NCBI GenBank assembly: GCA_963765125.1
Contig: CAVXUZ010000005.1
Location: 263,837 to 327,836, forward strand
Source: an uncultured candidate division WWE3 bacterium
Lineage (GTDB): Bacteria; Patescibacteriota; WWE3; UBA101185; UBA10185
DNA: 64,000 nucleotides
Reading direction: 5' to 3'
The notes beneath the pieces were generated by a model, which saw only the letters and a list, made by a program, of their open reading frames with translations, searched no databases and was not told the origin of the DNA. The position numbers were made by a program, and so were the translations under genes. The stretch's first letter is position 1; every line of letters begins with the position of its first letter. Positions 56,440 through 64,000 of the stretch are shown here, in pieces.

Positions 56440-58251
56440 CTAATGAGAAGAGACTTCTCTATCGGGAGCAATGCCGTAGTACTTAACAAGCTCTGATGCG
56501 ATCTCCATCCAAAGTGGTACAGCAGTTTCAGCAGCAAAAATACTGGACTGTGGCTCCTCTAATCGGACTATCATTGAAAACTTCTTTGTTCCAGCTAAAA
56601 ATCCCACAAACGTTGCATTAGTCTTTTCTGGGTCGTATTTACCTCCTACTGGTATCTGAGCTGTCCCTGTTTTTCCTGCAATTCTATAGTTTTTTAAGAC
56701 AAAATACTTCGCCTCACCGCTGCTGGCTGCATTTTCTAAAAGGTTAACCATTGTTTCAGATGTTCCTTTAGAAATTACGCGTTTTACTTGTTTTGTCGGC
56801 GTCTCAATTACCTTTTCCCCATCAATAACCTTATTTACGATTTTTGGCTGTAAAAGAAACCCACCATTCGCAATCGCGTTAAAAGAGTTTAAAACTTGAA
56901 GTGGTGTTGCAGAAACTCCCTGACCAAATGATATGTTTGCAACGTCGATATCTGTGAGTGTTGCTGCTTCTCTAAGCGAACCCGTGTCCTCTCCTTCGAG
57001 CTCAATGTCGGTTTTTCTTCCTATACCAAACTCGCTAAAAAACTTTGAAAGTTGGTTTCCGCCAACCTGATGACCAACCCAAGCAGCTCCAATGTTGTTT
57101 GATTTCTCTAACAATTGAGTGACCGTTTGAATTCCATGATGTTTTCCATCCCAGTTATCAATAATATAATCTGAATACTGTACGGGACCACGATCGTCGA
57201 ATGTAGTTTCTGGTGTCACTTTTCCAAGCTCAATCGCAGATGAAACGGTAAGAGGTTTTATAACTGAACCTGGTTCGTAAGTTTCAGTTATACATAAATT
57301 CTTTCTCTCTTGGTTCTTTCTTTCTGTATTTTCTGCTATTACCTCTTCGAAATTAAAATTATCGGGGTCGTAGGATGGATAATTAGCCATTGCAACAATT
57401 TCCCCAGTAAATGGATCCATCACAATAACTGAACCTGATTTTGCATTGTAGTTCTCAACACCATTTTTCAGACTTTTTTCAACAATAAATTGAACCGATC
57501 TGTTTATCGAAAGTACTATGTCTCTTCCTTTAATAGACTCTGATTTTTTGTAAGAACCTACGAGAATCGGGTTACCTAAAGCGTCTCTTTCTTCTAAAAC
57601 CCTGCCCGGTTTACCTTTGAGGTCGTCGTTGAATTTTCCCTCTATACCAAAGTAACCTTGTTTTTCTCCTTGCTCATTAAACGCCACAAATCCGAGTACA
57701 TGCGATGCGAGAGAGCCTTCAGGGTAATACCTCACCGGCTCTTCTTCAAAACCAATCCCCGCAAGTTGCAGTTCCTCAATCTCCTCCTTTTGAACAGGCG
57801 TAATGTTATGCTGTAAAACTGTCCAGTAAAGATTTGAATTAACACCTTCGTAAATATCGTCGTAAATTAATTTATAAATGCTGTCTTTTTTCTCTTGGAG
57901 CTCTTCAGGTTTAATATCATTAATTCTTTCAATTTCATATTTGGTTAGAACTTCGGATAGTCTGTGTGCTACCTCATATGTATTGGCTACTTTTTTTGGT
58001 TCAGCAAAAAGTAAATAGTGCGTTTGAGTACCTGCTAAAATAAAATTATCTGCGCTGATAACATCACCTCTTTTTGCAGGGATTACTGAGAGATTCCAAT
58101 ATTGATCCTGCGCCTGAGCAGTGTACTTGCCGTGGTTTAGAACTTGTATTGAAAATAATCTAGCAATAAAAATCATCAACACAATAAAAAAAGTAATAAA
58201 AAGGGTATTTAAGCGTAAATTTTGTTTTGCGTGTACTTTTTGTAAAACCAT
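56440..58251 (-). CDS. ftsI: Class B penicillin-binding protein (FtsI-like)
   Basis: RGDV, RYYP.G, YEPGSVIK, SNN, KTGTAQ; follows mraZ-rsmH-ftsL. Confidence 0.92.
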   Translation of the reverse strand: MVLQKVHAKQNLRLNTLFITFFIVLMIFIARLFSIQVLNHGKYTAQAQDQYWNLSVIPAKRGDVISADNFILAGTQTHYLLFAEPKKVANTYEVAHRLSEVLTKYEIERINDIKPEELQEKKDSIYKLIYDDIYEGVNSNLYWTVLQHNITPVQKEEIEELQLAGIGFEEEPVRYYPEGSLASHVLGFVAFNEQGEKQGYFGIEGKFNDDLKGKPGRVLEERDALGNPILVGSYKKSESIKGRDIVLSINRSVQFIVEKSLKNGVENYNAKSGSVIVMDPFTGEIVAMANYPSYDPDNFNFEEVIAENTERKNQERKNLCITETYEPGSVIKPLTVSSAIELGKVTPETTFDDRGPVQYSDYIIDNWDGKHHGIQTVTQLLEKSNNIGAAWVGHQVGGNQLSKFFSEFGIGRKTDIELEGEDTGSLREAATLTDIDVANISFGQGVSATPLQVLNSFNAIANGGFLLQPKIVNKVIDGEKVIETPTKQVKRVISKGTSETMVNLLENAASSGEAKYFVLKNYRIAGKTGTAQIPVGGKYDPEKTNATFVGFLAGTKKFSMIVRLEEPQSSIFAAETAVPLWMEIASELVKYYGIAPDREVSSH

Positions 58252-58265
58252 CTTAATTACGTAAC

Positions 58266-58574
58266 TTACTGTCTATAAAGTGAAGCTAGTGATGGTGTGG
58301 TGATGAGTGTTAATGGCTCTTTCATTTCAACAAATCCTAATTGGCGAGCTCTAGCTTCTACATTAGTGAGAGACGAAAGATTTGAATCTTCAAACTGAAG
58401 ATACGCGATATCCTTTTCAAGCTGCTGCTTACGCTCATTAAGTTCTCTAAAGTCTTTTCCTTTAAGCGCCGTGGTATTTGATACGTACATTTGTACAACA
58501 AGGCTCGTTATAAAACCGCAAAAGCAGAAAAAACACGCATATTTATAGATTTTTATTATTTTATATTCGTTCAT
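58266..58574 (-). CDS. FtsL-like bitopic coiled-coil protein
   Basis: TM plus coiled coil, VEARARQLGF; between rsmH and ftsI. Confidence 0.75.
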   Translation of the reverse strand: MNEYKIIKIYKYACFFCFCGFITSLVVQMYVSNTTALKGKDFRELNERKQQLEKDIAYLQFEDSNLSSLTNVEARARQLGFVEMKEPLTLITTPSLASLYRQ

Positions 58575-59439
58575 AAACTCGTAACTTGGCACTACGAGAT
58601 CTAGAATTTTGTCTTACCTCTTGCTCTGATGGCACAATCGGCTTCTTTGTTACTGCCCTTAAACTAGGCTGCGCGCTTTTAGCAAAATCTTTTACAATTT
58701 TGTCTTCTAACGAATGAAAGGTTATAACCAGTATTCGTCCACCAGGCTGTAAGAGGCGCGCAGCCTGAGGCAGTGCATTACTTAAATTTTCAAGTTCATC
58801 GTTCACAGCGATTCGCAACGCTTGAAACGTTCTCGTCGCAGGATTAATCCTGCCATTCTCATAATTTGAAGGAGCTACACCAGCTAAAAGATCTGATAAA
58901 TCTTTAGTTGTTTGAAACCTCTTCACCCCACGAGCTTTTACAATTGCTGCTGTAAAAGATTTTGCCATTCTCTCACCGCCGTATGCCCCAATAATCTGCG
59001 CAAGTTGTGTTTCCGGTAAGCTATTTACCAGATCTGCTGCGGTTACGCTAAGATTTTTGTCAAGCCTCATATCGAGAGGTCCGTCGCTTTGAAATGACAA
59101 ACCTATACCTGCGTCTTCTAGTTCATATGAGCTGTAACCAAGATCGAGTAATATTCCATTGACCTTGTTAAATCCGCTCTCATTTACTATTTTTTCTAAA
59201 TTTTTAAAGTTCCCTATCTTGCCTACAAAATTCTGCGTAACTAGCTCGGCGGCAAATCTTTCTTCTGCTCTATGAATTGCAGCCTCATATACATCTATTC
59301 CCAGCACCCTTGAACCTTTTTTCAAAAGTTCTAATGAATGCCCACCATCTCCTAGTGTGCAATCAACAAAACTTTTGCCCTCCTCAGGCTGCATAAACTC
59401 CACAGTCTCCTTAAGCATTACAGGTTCGTGGTATTTCAT
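58561..59439 (-). CDS. rsmH: 16S rRNA m4C1402 methyltransferase
   Basis: HEPVML, DCTLGDGGHS, PLDMR, TRTFQALRIAVN, FHSLED, RSRSAKLR. Confidence 0.97.
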   Translation of the reverse strand: MKYHEPVMLKETVEFMQPEEGKSFVDCTLGDGGHSLELLKKGSRVLGIDVYEAAIHRAEERFAAELVTQNFVGKIGNFKNLEKIVNESGFNKVNGILLDLGYSSYELEDAGIGLSFQSDGPLDMRLDKNLSVTAADLVNSLPETQLAQIIGAYGGERMAKSFTAAIVKARGVKRFQTTKDLSDLLAGVAPSNYENGRINPATRTFQALRIAVNDELENLSNALPQAARLLQPGGRILVITFHSLEDKIVKDFAKSAQPSLRAVTKKPIVPSEQEVRQNSRSRSAKLRVYERI

Positions 59440-59855
59440 TCAGAAAGTTCTTTAGTAATTTTTTCTAAATGTAAATTCCAATTGTCAAAATTCCATATTT
59501 CTACACGGTTACCGACTCCTACTAAAGACGTTTTGCCGTCTATTTGGGCATACGCCAATAAACCTGCAGGAATTACAATACGCCCCTGTGTATCGATAGA
59601 GACTTCTAACGCCGAAGCATAAACAAAACGCTCAAGATCCCTAATCTTTGATTCTTGAGAGTCTACTTTTGAACTGTCAATGTACTTCTGAGCTTGTTCC
59701 GCCCAATCATTTCTATCGTAAATATAAACGCACTTTTCAAAACCTTTTGTTAAAACAACAGAGTCTCCGTCTATTTGCTCCCTAATTCTCTTAGGTAGCG
59801 CCAGTCGGCTGCCCTCAGTTATATTCGGATTGTATTCTCCTAAAAACATTTTCAT
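59436..59855 (-). CDS. mraZ: Division/cell wall cluster repressor MraZ
   Basis: MFLGEY, DTQGRIVIP, GVGNRVEIW. Confidence 0.95.
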   Translation of the reverse strand: MKMFLGEYNPNITEGSRLALPKRIREQIDGDSVVLTKGFEKCVYIYDRNDWAEQAQKYIDSSKVDSQESKIRDLERFVYASALEVSIDTQGRIVIPAGLLAYAQIDGKTSLVGVGNRVEIWNFDNWNLHLEKITKELSE

Positions 59856-59862
59856 ATACCCA

Positions 59863-59903
59863 GAGAAATGGTGAAGGGGCAGTTTTCACCATTTCTCACC
59901 ATT
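59863..59903 (-). promoter_or_regulatory. Candidate MraZ operator and leader hairpin
   Basis: ATGGTGA direct repeats 10 bp apart, plus 13-bp inverted repeat GAGAAATGGTGAA/TTCACCATTTCTC. Confidence 0.6.
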
Positions 59904-59995
59904 CTATGTACATTTTGCTCCATAGGGAATCCAGCGTCAAGACAAATAAAACCCGAAGTCCTATTCAGGTTACTGTTAAATGCTTTTTTGGATGG

Positions 59996-61351
59996 TTATT
60001 TTATAAGAACGTTATATAGGTCATCTATTGATACACGAATTTGCGCCATTGTATCTCTATCCCTGATTGTAACCGTACCGTCATCAAGTGTTTGAAAATC
60101 AATAGTTATACAATTCGGCGTCCCCACCTCGTCTTGTGAAAGATATCTTTTACCTATATTGCCGCGATCGTCCCAAGCCGTCGATATGCCCTTACCAACC
60201 AACATCTTAAACACTTCGTCGGCTTTTTCTACCAATTGTGGTTTGTTCTTAAGTAATGGAAATACTGCAGCTCGGTAAGGCGCGATGTTCTTATCAAGTT
60301 TAAGCACAACCCTCTCATCTTCTTCGGTATAGGCGTTATCTAACAGGCTGTAGACGATACGGTCGATACCCATTGAAATCTCTATTACGTTGGGTATGAA
60401 TTCCTCGTTAGTGAATGGGTCTCTATAGACCATACTTTGACCGCTGTGATTTTGATGGCTTAGTAAATCCCAGTCGCCTCTGTGATTTAAAGGAGAAAGC
60501 TCAAACCATTTACCACTAGATGATTTAAATTCAAAATCTTTTTGAATTTTTGCATAATGTGACATTTCTTCTTTTGGTATTTCACGATAGCGAAAGTTAT
60601 TTTTAGATAAACCAAGTTCTGTAGTTATCCAATTGAGCATTTCGTCTTCAAAATGTTTGTACCATTTATCTGCTTCGTTAGGATTTACAAAAAACTCCAA
60701 CTCCATCTGTGAAAATTCCCTCATGCGATAAATAAAATCTTTTGTGGTGATTTCGTTTCTGAACACCTTACCGATTTGAGCAATACCAAATGGTATTTTT
60801 GCTCTCATAGAATCCATAACGTTAAGGTATTGTAAAAATATTATCTGGCAGGTCTCTCCTCGCAAGTACGCTTTTTCTTTGTTTTGATCTGTAGACCCAA
60901 GCTCTGCCTCAACTAACAAATTGAATGATTTTAGCTCTGTAAGCTCGTTTCCTTCTGGACTTTTGATATTGTGCTCTTTAAGCAACTTTGCCATCTCATC
61001 AAAACTCATTTTAGATGTGTCAATCTTGAGGTTTTCTTCTAATAAATGATCAGCGCGGTATCTAACATGGCTTACCCTATCCTCTACCAAAGGGTCATTA
61101 AATGAGCCCACGTGACCGCTTGCTACCCAAGTCTGGGGATGACAAAATATTGCACCTTCTAACCCGTAAACGTCTTGCCTTTTTTCAACAAAGTATCTCC
61201 ACCAAGAATCTTTAATGTTTTTTATTAATTGAGCACCTAATGGGCCGTAATCGTATGTAGAAGAAAATCCACCATATATTTCGCTTGAAGGATAAACAAA
61301 TCCTCGTCTTTTTGCTAAACTGATGATTTTTTGCTGAAGATTCTCTGCCAT
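59996..61351 (-). CDS. glyQS: Glycine--tRNA ligase, homodimeric alpha2 type
   Basis: LAKRRGF..SSEIYGG, YLRGET.Q, PFGIAQIGK.FRNEI, IGKRY..QDEVGTP; start placed at MAENLQ. Confidence 0.96.
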   Translation of the reverse strand: MAENLQQKIISLAKRRGFVYPSSEIYGGFSSTYDYGPLGAQLIKNIKDSWWRYFVEKRQDVYGLEGAIFCHPQTWVASGHVGSFNDPLVEDRVSHVRYRADHLLEENLKIDTSKMSFDEMAKLLKEHNIKSPEGNELTELKSFNLLVEAELGSTDQNKEKAYLRGETCQIIFLQYLNVMDSMRAKIPFGIAQIGKVFRNEITTKDFIYRMREFSQMELEFFVNPNEADKWYKHFEDEMLNWITTELGLSKNNFRYREIPKEEMSHYAKIQKDFEFKSSSGKWFELSPLNHRGDWDLLSHQNHSGQSMVYRDPFTNEEFIPNVIEISMGIDRIVYSLLDNAYTEEDERVVLKLDKNIAPYRAAVFPLLKNKPQLVEKADEVFKMLVGKGISTAWDDRGNIGKRYLSQDEVGTPNCITIDFQTLDDGTVTIRDRDTMAQIRVSIDDLYNVLIK

Positions 61352-61373
61352 ATGCATTGAGTATACTTGTTTT

Positions 61374-61964
61374 TTACACGAGCTCCAAGCTCTTGATCTC
61401 TTCACCAACCATCTCACGCACAAAATTTTTTATCAACCTATTTGCCGAATTGATATCTTTATTTCTCATATTTTCTTGCCACAGATTTAGAAGTGAGGTT
61501 GGCGGCTGATAACCAAGTAGTTGCATAAATTTAATTTCAAAACGGTTTTCAATAACAATTATATTTTCCTTTGCTATATCTAGTTTTTCTAAAGTCTCGC
61601 TCACTAGTTGAAAGATCTCCTGCGCATGCTCATCTTCTTTAGTCATTTTTGATATTAGCTCCGCAATATAAAATCCATGTTTTACGCTATCGTAATTATT
61701 TTTAAGATTTTTGAATGGATTTATTAATACAACCTCGGAAAGGTACAGTTGCCCGCTTTCGTGCTCAGATGCTTTTATACTCACCGAATTAAAACTATCC
61801 ATACTGCCGCTGCGCCGTGAGCTTATTTTTCTCACTCCAGCCCCAATTACAGAAATTTTACCTCGATCTTGCGAGTACAAAGTATATATTTTATCGGAAT
61901 CTTTATATTTAATATTTTTTAAAACTATAGCAGTAGTATTAAAGCTGCGTTGAGAATTTCTCAT
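61374..61964 (-). CDS. recO: DNA repair protein RecO (short form)
   Basis: AIVLK...YKDSDKI.TLYS..RGKI...GAGVRKISSRR; adjacent to glyQS. Confidence 0.9.
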   Translation of the reverse strand: MRNSQRSFNTTAIVLKNIKYKDSDKIYTLYSQDRGKISVIGAGVRKISSRRSGSMDSFNSVSIKASEHESGQLYLSEVVLINPFKNLKNNYDSVKHGFYIAELISKMTKEDEHAQEIFQLVSETLEKLDIAKENIIVIENRFEIKFMQLLGYQPPTSLLNLWQENMRNKDINSANRLIKNFVREMVGEEIKSLELV

Positions 61965-63852
61965 CTTTAGTTAATTCTATTGTGGTGGTTGTACCGCCTA
62001 CAATTATAGTGTGTTGCTCCGCGTCAATTCCGGATTGTTTTTGAATTAACAAATTGTATCTGTTGTCTTTGATTACATCATCGGGCAAATAATATTTATA
62101 AACAATTTTCTTTGTTTCTGTTGGTGCTAGTTCAACATAAGCTTCGAATACTTTTTTTCCAAGATCCTCAGATTGATTTGTTCCGTCTTCGCTACCCTCA
62201 ATTGAAATCAACTCAGAACCTGCGGGAACATAAAGGCGAGCCCAATCCCTAAACCTTTTTACAAAAGGGCTAAACTCTTCACCTGGTTGTGGGTACATGT
62301 AAGTTGCGGTTACTGTTCTCATCCATCTTCCATCAACCTTCTCAAGCTTATGTTCAACTGTTTTATCAACAAACCAGTTTGTTTTGTCACCACCTAAGTT
62401 TGTAGAAACATAAAGAGCATAATCGCCGGCAACCTCTTGATTCACTTTTCCTCCCAGTCCATACCTCTCAACAAGCTGCTGAGCCTCTGGATCGAATAAA
62501 TAAACTTGTATATGCTTTCTTACCCCAAGATCAACTGCCTTATCAATTAGCTTGCTCCAGACTGCAACCTCTGACTCAAACACGTTAATGAGCATCTCCT
62601 CCATCAAATCACCAAGCACACCCTTTCTATTAATCTGGTCTTGTACATTAAGTGAAGCAATCCTCTCAAGTTCTAGAACAACGTTGCTGGAATCGTAAGT
62701 GACGCCGTTTACCGTAACTGGACCTGTAATTTCCATCAACTCTTCAATAACTCTAGTATCGATAGTAATAATACCGTCGACTGGTTTTATATCGTAAGGC
62801 GAATATTTCTGAGCCATATCGTAATAGAATTTAAAATTATTGATTGATGATGGTAAATCGGGTGAACTGTTGGTATCGCGCGCATACCACCTCTCAACTT
62901 TCAAGTATTTTGTATATGCTGGTGGCGCGTCAGGAAAATCATAATATGCGTCAACAATATCAATTGCGTAGTCAACGCTGTAGAAATCTTTTGATGTGAA
63001 GTCTGACTGCAATAACCCGTTAAGTATTTTAAATGTCGCATAGTTTGTCCAAAAACCACCTGTAGGCCTTAACTCTTTGTCATTCTGCATAATAACCATA
63101 TATCTTTTTGCGATTGAGCTATCAGTTCCAAGGAGTCTGGGTACTATTGTAAGGGCTCTTTTTATGTCTGGCGCGTAAACGTCGGCGTCGCCTAGATTTG
63201 TTTTAACAAATATAACTGAGTCTCTAAGTGGAAACCCTCTAACATTTTCAGGGTATTTTGATGCATCTATCGGCTCCAACTCGTCACCTATTTGAGATAT
63301 TATTGCAATAACACCGTCCATTTGGTCTGCTACTTGAGGCATTATTGACACCCAAGATTGAAACGCTTCCATTAGACCTTCGTGCTGAACTACTTCCTGA
63401 TCAGCAGAAACCCTTAAACCTGCTGCGTCAGAGAATGGCGTAACTATACGGGAAGTTTCTCTTAATGCATCTATTGAGAGCTGCGCTGCTTTCATAAACC
63501 TGTCTGAATCTGAATAAAATTCGCTGATTTTAAATAGTTTAAGATTTCTTGCCCATCCAAATTTCTCTTCCCTCGTATTTCTTAAGGCTGACAGGTCTCT
63601 CTCGGTTTCCTTTAGCGTTTCTTCGAGAGTAACAAGATCTCTTGCCGTAAGTGCTTCGGAAATGTTTGTCGCGTCAGCTTTTAATGCTTTTACTCTTGAG
63701 GCTACGGATATAGCTGGGTTTACAATAAAAATATAGAGTATAAGAGCGAACAAGCTTGCTGCTGCAAGCGATACAACGCCTGTTATTCCAAATCCTTTAA
63801 GAAGTCCTAGTTTTTTGTCGTTTTTTGGTAAGTTAAAGTTATCTTTCATCAT
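61939..63852 (-). CDS. DUF4012-like membrane-anchored protein
   Basis: YMVIMQNDKELRPTGGF, RDTNSSPD, VDGII.ID, NLGGDK, RLYVPAGS, IQKQSG (family from memory). Confidence 0.85.
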   Translation of the reverse strand: MMKDNFNLPKNDKKLGLLKGFGITGVVSLAAASLFALILYIFIVNPAISVASRVKALKADATNISEALTARDLVTLEETLKETERDLSALRNTREEKFGWARNLKLFKISEFYSDSDRFMKAAQLSIDALRETSRIVTPFSDAAGLRVSADQEVVQHEGLMEAFQSWVSIMPQVADQMDGVIAIISQIGDELEPIDASKYPENVRGFPLRDSVIFVKTNLGDADVYAPDIKRALTIVPRLLGTDSSIAKRYMVIMQNDKELRPTGGFWTNYATFKILNGLLQSDFTSKDFYSVDYAIDIVDAYYDFPDAPPAYTKYLKVERWYARDTNSSPDLPSSINNFKFYYDMAQKYSPYDIKPVDGIITIDTRVIEELMEITGPVTVNGVTYDSSNVVLELERIASLNVQDQINRKGVLGDLMEEMLINVFESEVAVWSKLIDKAVDLGVRKHIQVYLFDPEAQQLVERYGLGGKVNQEVAGDYALYVSTNLGGDKTNWFVDKTVEHKLEKVDGRWMRTVTATYMYPQPGEEFSPFVKRFRDWARLYVPAGSELISIEGSEDGTNQSEDLGKKVFEAYVELAPTETKKIVYKYYLPDDVIKDNRYNLLIQKQSGIDAEQHTIIVGGTTTTIELTKDEKFSTQL

Positions 63853-64000
63853 ATTTTGCTATCGCTAGTGAGGGCAGAGGTTCAGAGCCTATATTTAACT
63901 CAAAACTTACTCTTTTGTCAAACTTGAAAAGCAGCTTCATCTTTATATTCAGCAATCAAATATTATACAGAGCCTTTCTGAGAAATCACAGCGAACGGAG

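Noticed and set aside
13-61953. Many short antisense or alternate-frame ORFs in the track (e.g. 13-312, 3743-4231, 30064-30546)
   Set aside because: They shadow well-supported genes on the opposite strand and show no motifs or expression signals

Overview
AT-rich, gene-dense bacterial chromosome segment. Gene content and divergence suggest a reduced-genome Patescibacteria/CPR organism, possibly WWE3/Microgenomates-like (inference, not searched). Housekeeping blocks are gatCAB, lemA-htpX, polX, four tRNAs (Asp-GTC, Gly-CCC, Thr-CGT, Val-CAC), a surface-glycan block (ugd, Wzx, O-antigen ligase/polymerase, two glycoside hydrolases), rplU-rpmA, rodA, nrdJ plus a cobalamin adenosyltransferase, a split dcw cluster, uvrABC with lexA, gpm/eno/ppsA/pgm, glyQS and recO. 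Five non-routine signals stand out. (1) Two unrelated single-gene transcription units have a predicted +1 region that is a perfect 13-nt reverse complement of the sequence at or just after their own stop codon, suggesting end-to-end closed mRNAs or invertible genes. (2) tRNA-Gly is followed by a hairpin-rich 170-bp module ending in a 21-bp copy of the tRNA 3' end, then by accessory genes separated by further CGCTCCA remnants, with no integrase in the window. (3) At least 12 genes have a -10 hexamer exactly 6 nt before the start codon, implying leaderless mRNAs. (4) A TWCGG-N6-TWCGG-like direct repeat lies upstream of lexA, uvrA and uvrB. (5) The MurA homologue has lost its catalytic loop, and the dcw fragments contain no Mur ligases. 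All calls were made by eye; no database searches were run.
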